Of a stretch of 64,000 nt of DNA, positions 12,046 through 25,522 are shown piece after piece. Under the pieces are notes generated by a model. It did no database searches and was not told the DNA's origin. It worked only from the letters and a program-made list of their open reading frames with translations. The position numbers and the translations under genes are program-made. Numbering within the stretch: the first letter of the stretch is position 1; every line of letters starts with the position of its first letter. This DNA comes from Eledone cirrhosa (Eukaryota): assembly GCA_964016885.1 (NCBI GenBank), contig OZ024743.1, positions 193,006,001-193,070,000 of the forward strand, read 5' to 3'.

Positions 12046-14018
12046 TAATGACCATGCTGTAAAATGGAGGGGTAGAGAGGGTCCTTAAGTCTAGTAATAT
12101 ATCCTCTCTAGTGCTGGTGGCACAAATAAAAGCACCCAGTCCATGCTGTAAAGTGGCGCTGGTGTTAGGAAGGGCATCCAACCAGTGTATCAATGCCAAA
12201 ACGCTTATCAGCACAGCAACAAATAGGAACAGCAACAAAATATGAAGACGTCGCATCTCAGAGTTGCAACACTTAATGTTGGCACTCTCAGAGGTAGATC
12301 TGCTGAAATAGCGGAGATGCTGGAGAGAAGGCAGGTGGATGTGTGCTGTGTGCAAGAGGTGAGATGGAGAGGTGCCTCTGCGAGACTAGTCGTAGGCAAA
12401 CGTTTTAGCTATAAGCTATTCTGGGTAGGTAAGGATGATGGGTTAGGGGAGTAGGCATTTTCCTGGCTGAGAAATGGATCAATAAAACAATAGAGGTAGT
12501 TCGAGTTAGTAATCGAATAATTAAGCTTAGATTAGTTGTAGGTAGGAGACTACTGACAATCATCTCGGCCTATGCTCCCCAAGCAGGCCTAGGTAAAGAT
12601 GAGAAAGACTGCTTTTATGAGCAACTTTTGCAAACAACTGCAATGACAGAGGACGGAGACATCTAGCAGGAGACGTCAATGGTCATGTTGGACAGCTCCA
12701 GGATGGTTACACTGGGGTACATGGTGGGCACGGTTACGGTTCAAGAAATAAAGAAGGAGTGAGACTTCTTGAATTTTGTGATGCAGGTACATTGACTATT
12801 TGCAACACAAACTTCCAGAAACCTGCCAATCACCTAATAACCTACAAATCTGGTGAGCACATAAGCCAGATTGACTTCTTACTAGTTAGGCAGCGGGACA
12901 GGCAGATAGTGTCTAATACCAAGGCATACCCTGGGGAAGAATGTACCCCAGAACATAGGTTAGTTGTTAGTGATATTTCAGTAGGCAAGAGATGGAATGA
13001 GACATATAGGAAGGTGTAGAGAAGAAAGGGCTGGAAGCTAAAAGACCTTTCACTAAAATACAAATTTAGGAAAGCCCTTCAAGATGTATATGACGAAAAA
13101 GAAGACGATTTAGAGACGTATGACAGATAATAACTGGAATTTCTTACGTGACAACCTGCTGCAGGCTACTGATGAAACTTGTGGCTGGAGCAGAGCTCCA
13201 ACCAGACAGAGAGTGACCTGGTGGTGGAACAGCACAGTAGATAAGGCTATTAGAGACAAAAGACTAGCATGGAAGGCTTGGAAAAAGGGTGGGAGTAGGG
13301 AAGAATATACAGCCACTAAGAGAGAAGCTAGACGTCAGGTGTACTTAGCACGCAGGGAGGCAGAGAGTAGGAGGTTTGCCAATGTTCTGCGACGGGAAGA
13401 TCAGAGGCGTGCGGTGTTCCACATTGCAAGGCAGTGTGTCAATGCAAATCAGGATGTTGTTGGAGATAAATGTGTTCGGGATGATGCCGGTGTACTTAGT
13501 GTCACGAATGATCAGAAAAAGGAGGCCTGGAAATGTCATTATGAGAGACTGATGAATGTGGAGAACAAATGGGAGAGAGAGAAATTACCCTTGGGAGATC
13601 CGACAGAGGGACCAGCTATTGAGATTGACAAATATAGGGTCCAAGAGGCGATTAGGGAAATGAAAAAATGGTAAGGCTGCCGGACCATCGGGAATAGTTG
13701 CTGAGATGCTGAAGGCATCAGGGGATGTAGGCACTAAACTGGTTGCACGCATCATCAATCAGGCTATATTTAGTGGTGTCATACCCAAAGACTGGTGCAG
13801 CAGTATTCTCATAAATTACTACAAAGGTAAAGGGGGTGCTTTGGAGAGGAGCAATTATAGGGGTATAAAACTGATAGATCAGGTTATGAAAGTGGCAGAA
13901 AGGATTTTAGCACAACTAATTAGAGAAAGGATCAAACTAGATGAGATGCAGTTTGGTTTTGGGCCTGGGAAGAGTACAACAGATGCCCTCTTCATAGTGA
14001 GACAACTACAAGAGAGAT
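12046..14018 (+). mobile_element. RTE LINE copy A: 5'UTR, APE endonuclease and RT N-half, 3' part missing
   Basis: MKTSHLRVATLNVGTL, VCCVQEVRW, SQIDFLL, SNYRGIKL, QFGF.PGKSTTDA; stops and frameshifts present. Confidence 0.92.
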
Positions 14019-16238
14019 GGCCATTTCCCTGATGAAATCAGAGTTTTGCCCTCTTTTCTACTTATCAACATTTTTGTCTTAGCTAGGTTCACTCTCAGTC
14101 CTCTTAATTCCAACTGCTGTTTCCATAGCCAGAATTTATTCTCTAGCTCCTCTACTGATTCTGCTATAAGAACCAGATCATCAGCATAGAGAAGTTCCCA
14201 TGAGCAGCCAGTCTTAAACTCCTCTGTTATGGCTTGGAGGACTATAATGAACAAGAGCGGGCTGAGGACCGAACCCTAATGTACTCCTACTTGTATCTGG
14301 AATTCCTCACTAAACTCCATTCCTACCCTCACTTTACCGACAGCACCTCTGTATAAAGCTTGCACTGTCCTCAAGCCATTCCTCAACACCTAGTTTCCTG
14401 AGGGACCACCAGATGACAGATCGGGGTACCCTATCAAAGGCCTTCTCTAGGTCAACAAAAGCTAAGTATAGTGGCTTATTCTTCTCTAAGAATCTCTCTT
14501 GTAGTTGTCTCACTATGAAGAAGGCATTTGTTGTACTCTTCCCAGGCACAAAACCAAACTGCATCTCATCTAGTTTGACCCTTTCTCTAATTAGTTGTGC
14601 TAATATCCTTTCTGCCACTTTCATAACCTGATCCATCAGTTTTACGCCTCTATAATTGCTCTTCTCCAGAGCATCCCCTTTACCTTTGTAGCAGTTTATG
14701 AGAATACTGCTGCACCAGTCTTTGAGTATGACTCCGCCATATATAGCTTGATTGATGATGCGTGCATCCAGTTTAGTACCTACTTCTCCTGATGCCTTCA
14801 GCATCTCAGCAACTATGCCCGACGGTCCAGCTGCATTACCATTTTTCATTTCTTTAATTCCCTCTTGGACCCTATATTCGTCAATCTCAATAGCTGGTCC
14901 CTCTGTCAGGTCTACTGGAGGTAGTTTCTCTCTCCCATTCGTTCCCCACATTCATCAGCCTTTCATAATGGTATTTCCAGGCCTTCTTTTTCTGATCATT
15001 AGTGACACGAGTACACCAGCATCATTCCGGACACATTTATCTCCAACAACATCCCGATTTACACTGACACACTCCCTTGCAATGTGGAACACCGCACGTC
15101 TTTGATCTTCCCGTCGCAGGACATTGGCAAACCTCCTACTCTCAGCCTCTGTGCGTGCTAAGTACACCTGACATCTAGCTTCTCTCTTAGCGGCTGCATA
15201 TCAGTCTCTACTCCCACCATTTTTCCAAGCGTTCCATGCTAATCTTTTGTCTCTAATGGCCTTATCTACCGTGTTGTTCCACCACCAGGTCACTCTCTGT
15301 CTGGTCAGAGCTCTGCTCCTGCCACAAGTTTCTTCAGTAGCCTGCAGTAAGCTGTCACGTAAGAAATTCCAGTTATCATCTATGTCATACGATTCTAAAA
15401 CGTCTTCTTTCTCGTCATACACATCTTGAAGGGCTTTCCTAAATTTATATTTTAGTGAAAGGTCTTTTAGTTTCCAGACCTTCCTGTATATCTCATTTTG
15501 TCTCTTGCTTATTGAGATGTCACTAACAACTAACCTATGCTGTGGTGTACATTCTTCCCCAGAGTATGCCTTAGTATTTGACACCATCTGTCTGCCTAAC
15601 TAGCAAGAAGTCAATCTGGCTTATGTGCTCGCCTGATTTGTAGGCTATTAGGTGGTTGGTAGGTTTCTTGAAGTTAGTGTTGCAAATGGTTAGTGCACTT
15701 GCATCACATATTCAAGAAGCCTCACTTCTTCGTTTCTTGAGCCATAACCGTGCCCACCATGTACCCCAGAGTATCCATCCTGGAGCTGCCCAACATGCCC
15801 AACATGACCATTGAAGTCTCCTGCTAGCATAACAATGTCTGTCTTCAAGTTGCTCGTAAAAGCAGTCTTTCTCTTCTTTACCTAGCCTGGGAAGCATAGG
15901 TAGAGATGATTGTCAGCAGTCTCTTGCCTACAACTAATCTAATCTTAATTATTCTATTACTGACTAACTACGTCTATTGTCTTATCGATCCATCTCTCAG
16001 CCAGTAAAATGCCTACCCCCACCTAACTCATCATTATTACCTACCCAGAAAAGCTTATACATAAGATGTTTGCCTGCGATTAGTCTTGCAGAGGCACCTC
16101 TCCATCTCATCTCTTGCACGCAGCACACATCCACCTGTTTTCTCTCTAGCATCTCCACTATCTCACCAGATCTGCCTGTTAGAGTGCCAACATTAAGTGT
16201 GGCAACTCTGAGATTTGACGTCTTCATATTCTTGTTAA
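14017..16238 (-). mobile_element. RTE LINE copy B: APE plus RT through YADD, 3' part missing
   Basis: ATG at 16227 MKTSNLRVATLNVGTL, FVDLEKAFDRV, LLYADDLVL; frameshifted. Confidence 0.92.
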
Positions 16239-16940
16239 TATATATATATTATAAAGAGTCAGGACCCCAACAGTTGAGCTCTTGCCATTTCAACAGCTAG
16301 TTCCAGGCCAGTACTCTGGTGAGTAATGGTCTAACCACTTTCAAACTGAATCCATCCTAATTTATATATATATAAATTTTATATATAAGAAAAAAAAACA
16401 GACATTAAATGATGATGATATATGCAAGTGTGCATAAGTGTTTGTATCAATTAAGGATGTTAAACATCAATGAAATGAGAAAAAAGTGTTCTTTGAATAA
16501 AGTCCTTTGCAATATTTATTCTGCCCTAAGTTACAGACACTCCTTTGTAAAAATGCAGTGACCAGTAATTAGCCAATTAGAAACATGTAACCAATTATAA
16601 TATTGCTCACAAAAATTAACTGGATGAAAGCATGACAACAGATTAAGTTATGCCCCCACCCCTACCATTTGAAACCAGATAAGCTGGCATAAAAAAATAT
16701 CTACCTATCAAGGTGTCCACAACCACCTGTTACTGCATCACAATTGCATAGATTTTGCTGGCCTCCTGTGACGTATCACATAACCAGGTAATTTGTGAAA
16801 ACTGAATTATAGTTTTCTGGGTGGAAAAAGTAGTTTTACCTTATCCACTAAATATAAATTGAAAACAATATAGGCCATGTTTACACCTTCTGGTGTTTTC
16901 ACTGTGCCTCCATTAGAAAATATAGAAAATATATACTTAC

Positions 16941-17003
16941 CATATCCCCATCTTCATCAATATACTTGATTTCAACATCTACCAAATTGAAAGCAGATTT
17001 TAT
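16941..17003 (-). CDS. NBR1: NBR1-like coding exon 2 (IKSAFNLVDVEIKYIDEDGDM), PB1 acidic OPCA motif
   Basis: aaacag| ... |gtaagt, 63 nt, phase 0/0. KYIDEDGD is the PB1 OPCA motif. Confidence 0.9.
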
Positions 17004-18712
17004 CTGTTTGAAAAAGTAAATCAAATTATATTATCAATAAGTTTGAGCTGAAGAAATTATGTAGACTTTTATTTCAACATTCTCTATTTAACATTTTCAA
17101 TTCTGGTACTTATTTGTTTAAACCAGATCAATAAAAGATATATAACAGCTGTGACCATTCACAGTATATCTAATACTAGATTATTAAATTCAACCATTTT
17201 TTTTTCAAACATTAATATGCGGGAGATTTGGTTACTATTTTTAGCGGATCAAACAATTGCATAAAGAAGGTTCACTTAGCTTATTTGAATTCTTGTATTG
17301 TAAAATGCTAGGCTGTTTTGTACAGCTAAGCATCACACCAAAAGTAATCATAAAATCATGATTCCTAATCTCTAAAAGTGAAGCCTATAAAAGGTAAACC
17401 TTACTCAGGATATAATGCCTGTAATATTCTTAGGCAATCTTGTACCCATAATTGACAGCTTTGTGAATTGGAACAATGTAGAGCAAAATGCTTTATCTAA
17501 GAGCATAATTAACCCTTTAGCATTTACATTACTCTAAATATACTATTGTATTTACCTCACAATATCGAATCATGTTGATTTGGGGTAATTGAGAGATGAG
17601 TAATACCTCTCACTCCCCTTTATATCTTAACATAAACTAACCTATTTTTATCATTCATGGTCTAACTACAGCTGAAGAAAAGTCAGGAAGAGATTACCAG
17701 AAATTACCTTTCAAAAGGAATATAGCGAAAGTAAATCCAATAACCCATACTTTGGTCACCACAAACAAGCATTTTTATTAAAATTTAATTGCTTACAATA
17801 CCCAAGTCAAAATATCTTATATAAGAATTCTTACAAGGCTGTTCCCTCTCAAATTTGTAAATGGGAGGAACAGTTAGTTAAAGACCCCAGCACTTAAATG
17901 GTACTATATTTTATCAACCCCGCGTAACATTCCATATTTAGGTATCCAGGTTATTATCTTAGTGTAACATATATTCTTGCTTATCTCTAAATCATATTTA
18001 TACCTCAATGTGTTCCTAGATCAATACCACAGAGTTATTCTGATATATTTATTGATTTCAAATGAAATATTACCTTACCTATTGTACATTATGAACATTG
18101 TAAAAAAACAATAACTTGTGTGTACAAAGATCAAACACTATTTATTTTAAGTGCATGTGAGATTGTTATGTTTAGCCAGGGCCGGCTGTAATCAAAGGGA
18201 AAGACCATTCTATTAAGATTTAAAATGGTGTCTTATTTTAGGGAAATTTGACTGTTATTTTTAAGATTGATATGCTAAAAGAAACAGAGCCAAACAAAGA
18301 AAAGAAAAAGGGAATAAGCTTTTATACTAATTGTTGTTTAGTAGGCCTGCTTGACCTAAATTATTTACAACTGGTAGAGACAAACAAATGAAGGAATACT
18401 TTCAATGACAAGAGACAGGGAAGGAGACTAAAACGAAGAGAGAGATGAAGAGAAGCACTCTTTCTCTCATTTTTAAAAACCTACTTACTTCAATCAGAGA
18501 TGATGAAAATCAAAGTTTGTGTAAATATGCTAACTAGTTATTAATTACATTCAACAGAATAAGTTAATGTGGCTGAGTCATTGTTCCAAGAGCATTGTCC
18601 ATTAATGACATAATTGTATTTATTAAGTCTCCTAACTAATCAACCTCAAGGATATACTGTCCTGCGCACAATGATTTCCACCACCACCACCAATAATAAT
18701 GATGAATTTTAA

Positions 18713-19125
18713 CATCATCATCTTCGTCCACTTATTCCCGGAAGGGCCCGGGGGATCAGAGTCTTCAAGTTCCCCTTCCAGCAGGTCCTGTCAGGTCAGA
18801 AGCAAATGTAATCTAACTGATCCAGATGGATGCCCAAATGAGACCTAGCTGAGCTCATGGATGTTATCCAACCACCATGCTCAGGGTTTGTCCTTGGGTC
18901 TCAGTTGGTTTTTGCCTGTAAAATCTGTCCAGCGATTCTTTCCTGCGACATTCTAACCACATGTCCCTAATATAAGAGCTGTGATCTCTCAATTCAGAGA
19001 AGTAGCAACTCTACCTGGAGTGACTCTTTGATCTCTGAGGTATGCACTCTATCAAGTAACATTACTATGAAGACCTTTCTGAGGAAACACATTTCAGCTG
19101 CTTGTATTTACGATTGTATTCTTAA
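18713..19125 (-). mobile_element. RTE 3' fragment, same family as 7268-7660
   Basis: Near-colinear similarity, e.g. gagctgtgatctctcaattcagaga. Confidence 0.8.
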
Positions 19126-19297
19126 TTCTAAATATTTTTTAGATGGTGATTTCAATAATAATTTTTAACATCTGCATTACACCACAAATCTGGGAGAGCT
19201 AGTGTAGTACATATTTTCTCAACATCAAAATGATGAAAGGCAAAGTCTGCCCAAGTAGGTTTTGAATACAAAACACAACAGAGCATAACTAAATAAT

Positions 19298-19463
19298 TGT
19301 TTCTACTTTTGGCACAAGGCCAGCAATTACCCAGTACATTACTGGTACTTTATTTTATCGACCCCGTAATGATGAAAGGCAAAGTTAACCTCGGCGGGAT
19401 TTGAACTCAGAATGGCAAGGGCCGTAACTCTGTGCGTCAAAGCATGGCCGTAACTCTATGCGT
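19298..19463 (-). mobile_element. tRNA-derived SINE nested in an older SINE, 19-bp TSD
   Basis: CAGAGCATAACTAAATAAT at 19279-19297 and 19464-19482. Confidence 0.8.
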
Positions 19464-22400
19464 CAGAGCATAACTAAATAATGCTAGTCATTTCCTTCTG
19501 CACTCTACTAATTGTCCCATGTCATCACCCTAATAAGTAATTCAGTCCCATATGTTCTTGTTATAGTTACCATATTTTATCTCAACAATTTTCTAATCAA
19601 GTTGTATGCCCATATCCCAATTCAGCCCAGTCTAAAATACAATCAGAGATAAATAACTTTCATTGCACACTATAGCAATTTTCTCAACAGGAGATTTCAT
19701 CAGTAGCTTCAAACTACTTTCAGCAGCGGAGATCATTCACATGTTTAAACAGTCGTTTCAAAATTAAACTTTCTTCAGTGTAGAATACATATCTACTAAG
19801 TTTTTGTCATCCAACTGCAGAACTACCATCAAAAGATTTTAGCCAATCATATCAATGACAATAAATACCAGACCAAAATATGTACTTTCTCAATTTCTAT
19901 TACCAAATGGCTAAGCTACCCTTTTCACATAAATATAAGCAACTTCACACACTGTAAACAAACACAGAGGAGGGGCTTCATTTACAAGACATTGATTAAT
20001 ATGAAACAGAATAAATTTACACAATGTGTCATTTACGGGGATCAAACCCAGAACTATGTGGTTGCTAAGTGAACCTTTTAACCACACGACTATGCCTTAC
20101 TTAAGTGCATGTGTGGTCAGCAATAAAATGAAGACAACATGGAAGAGAGGACTTCAATCTGACCAAGCAACCTCTATAGTGCTAGAGCCACAATAAAATA
20201 CACCTGATACACACTGTTAGATGGTTGGCATTAAAAAAAAAGGCATCCAGCTATAGAAACCATACCAAATATGGAGCATATGAGCAAGATGAAACCTGTC
20301 TAGTCTTGGACTGTGACAACTGATCAAAACCATGCCAGCATAGAAAGTCAACAGAAAATTATGGTCAATCTCATTTCAATATGGATGGATTTTCATACTT
20401 TATTTCATTTTTTCACAAGTACTTTCACGTCTTCAGGGACAATCTTTAGGTGAATGTTGACATCACCAAGTTACTTCAGTGAATATTAATATAGTGATAT
20501 CTTTGTGTCGTTAGTGCAGTTAAGAGTAGATAATCTATTGAGCAATTATATATTTCATGTTTACAGCATACATATGTCAAAGGGAGATAACCTATATTAT
20601 GTCTAAGGACATAATATTCTACTAAAGGATTTGAACTACATGACCTGTGAGTTAACCAGACTTTAAGTCCTTTGAATAGTCTCAATTAACTTAAATTGTA
20701 CTAAATGAAATTGAATCAATATGATTGTCCATCCAAACCTGGTTTGAACGTTTCAATAAAATTCTTCTCTCGAGTCATGAATTTTACAGAATGGGAATAT
20801 TAGTTTGTTTTTTTTTGCAGCATATTTCTAAATGACCACTTAGTGAGATCCGTCTGACATTTGCAAATGCAATTATGAACCATAAAAGCAGAAATCTGAT
20901 TTACTGTATTGAATGCCCGAACTATGAAAAAATATACATTGGTTAGACTGGAAACTCATTATCAGAACACACCATCTACAGAATATAATGGAAATATAAT
21001 GGCAAAAACAGTTCTTAAAGATTAGCTGAGTTATTTAGTAAACTTATCATCAAAGGCTTTCCAGCCATGACCATCTCAACAACAAAAAAATATATTTGAA
21101 TGTTATAGCAAAATTAACTTTCTTTCCTTTGGTATTTAATGATTCTATTTCCCAATTGTTTTACTCTTTGACCTCAAGCTATTACATATTTAGAAAAACC
21201 CACTCCTCATGTACCACTCAAGGTTTGCAGCTTGTTTACCTTCATTACAAATAAAAGTAATACAGCACTATATCATCAACATCATACAACCTATTTTCCT
21301 GCAAAATACCAGTTATTTATATAATGAGTACTTAAATAAAATCCTAATTTAAGATTAATTTTTAAATATTTAACACTTTGCTTACACAATCTCTTCTTTT
21401 AAAAAATATCACTCAAAAGAGTAGTATCTATTTGTACAGGTGAGTTGAATATCTTATGTCTAAGGACATAATGTTCTAAAGAAGGATTTGAACTGCACAA
21501 CCTGTGAGTTAACCAGATTCTAAGTCCTTTGAATACATTTGGTTAATATTAAGTGTATACTCACATTCTCTCAAGCACTCAACAGTTAAAAAAGTATCAT
21601 TGATGATTATAAATAATTAAGTAGTAGATCAAACAAGCCTATGCAAGAATAAAAAAGACAACTAAAAATTATGATTATATATAGAGAGAGAGATAGGGGA
21701 AAGATTAGTGCCAAATGAAATACAGCTGCAAGAAACAAAGTCTAAATAGTACTTTCTTTCAGTTTTAATTTAAAACAGCTGTGTAGTTAGGTTTATTGAC
21801 TTCTGGCTCCAAAATACAAGTTCAAAACAGCAACCAGGTTGTTTTGTATCTTCAAGTAGTATAATTTCATCAGACTACTTAGTTGAAAAATAGCTATCAC
21901 TGCTTCAAAATCTCCTGAAAATTGTCGTTGAGACATAGCTATGTACACAATGTTATTGACTTTTACTTTATTATTATGTAATATATATATATTGCTAGGC
22001 ATCAAAAGTTGTTTTTTATAGTACATATACAACCATATCTCAGACACTCAGTATTGTGTGCTTTTGACTACTGCAAAGAAAATTATTTTAGTCCCAACAC
22101 ACAAACACAGAACAAATGTCTTGCAGACAAAACTTAAGAACCTTTTATGAAGGAGAAAAAGGCATTTACATAGGAGTAAAAAGAGCATTCCACTGACTTG
22201 ACTCAAGTATATTACTAGCCTATATTTTATCAACCTAAGAAGCAAAATTCAAAGTCAAATACTCTCCAGTCTTCTGCTAGTTAACATTTAAGTTCATATA
22301 CTGCAAAACCAATACATGAATTTGTATGCAATATAGGTATATTATTTCTTTAATGTCTTCTGACTAGGCATATATAATAGCTACATATTTAAAGGGGAAG

Positions 22401-23679
22401 GGAAGTGAAATGGAAGTTGTGATATGCTTTTCCCAATCTTGTCAGTGAACTGATGTGAATTTAATTATATATTGAAATCAAGTTATCAAATAAACCCACG
22501 GCCGTATGCCATGAAAATAGACAATATATTTTTCTTGTACTTAATGAAAAACTACTGGATTGTTAACCTCTGTTTTGTTTTTAAGTAAAACATTTTGAAT
22601 GGTTTAATCACGTGTCATTTATGCATGTTTGTCTATATGGCTTGTAGGTGTAGGTATGGCTGTGTGGTTGAAAAGTTTGTTTCGTAACCATGTTCTATCC
22701 CACCATATGGCACTTCAGGTAAGTGTCTTTTACTATGACCAAAGACTAACGAATGATTTATGAGTGAATTTGGCAGATCTGTGTGTGTGTCTTCTTTTCC
22801 CATTTGATACAGCAAATAGTGATGTCGTTTTATGTTTTATATGTGTGAAGAACCCTACTTAAAAAACAAATGAAGGCTAGCATTAGGAAGGGGCCCAGCA
22901 CTAGAAACGTTGTCTGTAGCTAGATTAAAGAGTCCTTCTTACTTCAGCTACTGCCCCACTCATTGGGTAGCCTTTCAATATGACTTGCAAAGTCTATGTC
23001 TCGTTTATACATTTTTATGTATATGTCCAACCCTTGCACACAAGGAGAAGAGGCAATAAATGATGATGAAGAGGATGAAATGTGTATATACATCAGTAAA
23101 TATATATTCCATTTTTATAGGTACATTGTATCCATGTATGTCGTAAGTAACAACTAAATGAGTTGATGTCAAGAAGGGCATATAGCTTGTCTCAAAACAT
23201 CCCATCCAACCCAGGTCAACATGAAAAGGTGGACATGAAAACAATGATGATACACGCACACACACACACACATAAACATGTAAATACACATACCAAACAT
23301 ACAGACACATTCTCAAGTTTGGAATGAATTCAGGAACATTCATTCAACAGAAAGTTCCAATGATTTTATCCCCACTATGTCAAATAAGTAAAACAGTCAG
23401 TACTAATAATGTGCCTCAATAATTTTCTGAACAAATGAGATTACTAAAATCAATAGAATAATTAAAGTTAAATTCCATCTTTGTGTATCTTTAAAAGGTA
23501 AACAGGTTTTGAATAGACTAGAAAATATAGGCATATATTCTGTGAAGTGGTTGGTGTCAAGAAGAGCATCCAGTTGTAATAAATGAAATGTCGAGGAGAG
23601 CAGTAACTCTTAATATGAAATGACAAACTGTAATGACCAGTTCAACACATACCAGCATGTAAAACAGACATAAAATAAT

Positions 23680-23855
23680 TGTTTCTACTTTAGGCACAAG
23701 GCCAGCAATCACCCAGTGCATTACTGGTACTTTATTTTATTGACCCCGTAAGGATGAAAGGCAAAGTCAACCTTGGCGGGACTTGAACTCAGATCATAAA
23801 GGGACGTAACTATGCTGGAAAGCATGGCGTCCGACCCTCTACCGATACTCCCAAT
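23680..23855 (-). mobile_element. tRNA-derived SINE with 16-bp TSD
   Basis: ACAGACATAAAATAAT at 23664-23679 and 23856-23871; A/B-box-like head on the minus strand. Confidence 0.85.
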
Positions 23856-24597
23856 ACAGACATAAAATAATGATGACACATATCCATTCTGAAAAACATT
23901 GAATGTCTATATTACAATTCCATTCTATTGTGTAAAATACACAGATAGCTTTTAATGACTGATAATTCATATTTCATACTAAAAAAAGAATGTTTAGCAA
24001 AATGATTTGTTGCTATACCGAATATCGAATTACATGAACAATGCTGATTTTATTCTTAACCTCCTGTACCACATGAAACTACATTAGTAAGACATTCTTG
24101 AAAAGTATAAGCTCTATGACTGCATCGCATTAAAAATTAAAGACTTTACTCTGTCCACTAGTAAAGGTACTATAAATATTTGAGTTAACAAACCCATTTT
24201 TAGACATTTTCAGCTAAATCATTACAGGATGTTCAGAATTAAACTGGGAGTTCGGCCATAGGTCAGCAAACATATAATCTAAAGCATTCCAGATGTGATC
24301 ATCCTGTTTTGAGACTATATCTAGAACTATATTATCCAATATCTTTCCTATATTTAAGACGTGATGTGATTTCAGAGAGATTTGGCTTCTATTTCTGCCA
24401 GTTTGAAAGTTTGTTCCAAGCCCAGACACTCATCAGGTTGGTTCGTATCCTACTTTCATTGGCATAAAGTAACTGAATGTACAAAACAGGATGCCAGTCC
24501 ATCACAGGGTTAACCCCTAATTACTGCTGGTACTCATTTTCAGCCAAGTGGACTGGGGCAACAGGAAAATAACACAAAGCACCATTCAGTACAAGAA

Positions 24598-24812
24598 TCG
24601 AATACACATGACTATCAAAATCCAAATGTGTGTAGAAGTATCGAATACACATGACTATCAAAATCCAAATGTGTGTAGAAGTATCAAATACACATGACTA
24701 TCAAAATCCAAATGTGTGTAGAAGTATCAAATACACATGACTATCAAAATCCAAATGTGTGTAGAAGTATCAAATACACATGACTATCAAAATCCAAATG
24801 TGTGTAGAAGTA
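24598..24812. repeat. 43-bp minisatellite, 5 near-identical copies
   Basis: Unit tc(g/a)aatacacatgactatcaaaatccaaatgtgtgtagaagta at 24598, 24641, 24684, 24727, 24770. Confidence 0.95.
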
Positions 24813-25321
24813 TGCATTTACAAGTTTCTGATAATTTCAGTGTGAACTTTAAGTGATAGTCAATAGCATGACTATCGTTAACTGGATCGAAGGTGATGTA
24901 GCAAAGATAACAATCCAATAGCCAGGACTCAATTAAATGATTTAACACTGCTGTGAATCAGCAGAGATTAAAAATGTTCTATTTTTAATGTTAGTTATAT
25001 AACCAATAAATTTATTATATATGTCAGTCCAGTTAAATAGCTTAAATGGGCAGTCATTTTGATTATTATCATTGCTTATTTTCAAGACCAATTGACACCA
25101 CTGCTCTACAAATTAATTAGTTTCTAAAATAAATAAATAAATAAAGAAATAAAAATCAAATAAGTTATTCTCATTTCCTCCTGATATGAATATTTAAATC
25201 ACAAACTGAATTAACTTCCTACAACTTTTTCAAAATACATTTTGAAATAACAACTACAGCTCTTTTGCTTCATTTGAAGTTATTCTCTGAAAGAGAATGA
25301 AACTAGAATATATAGATTTAA

Positions 25322-25522
25322 CTCTTAACACCCTGTAATAATTGTAGAGGATATTTAAAAAGAGTTAATTCAAATGTGTACAGTATCACTACTAGTAGAG
25401 ATCTTTGTAAAAAAAATGTACAGAAAAGTAAAGACTTCAATTTTTAATGTGATGTAAACAGAGATGTTTTATACATGTCAATGTCTTGTTAATGCGTTTC
25501 ATGTGGGGCAGGACATTAAGAG
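25322..25522. mobile_element. piggyBac-type MITE
   Basis: ttaa|ctcttaacaccctg ... caggacattaagag|ttaa. Confidence 0.6.

Noticed and set aside
12242-16227. Novel RT-based system (retron/DGR-like)
   Set aside because: APE-RT organisation, frameshifts and many family fragments identify ordinary RTE LINE relics.
19690-19820. Coding-looking stretch as candidate exon
   Set aside because: All minus-strand frames after the acceptor hit stops.
20594-21535. tRNA genes (duplicated tRNA-like segments at 20594-20678 and 21452-21535)
   Set aside because: A/B-box-like only, no convincing cloverleaf; treated as decayed SINE heads.
24214-24429. ORF with actin-related-looking LDYMF...EHPVM
   Set aside because: The DNA resembles an old interspersed repeat also seen near 38040, 44670 and 50570; likely chance similarity.
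24598-24812. CRISPR-like periodic array
   Set aside because: Units are contiguous and near-identical with no unique spacers, there are no cas genes, and the context is eukaryotic: a minisatellite.
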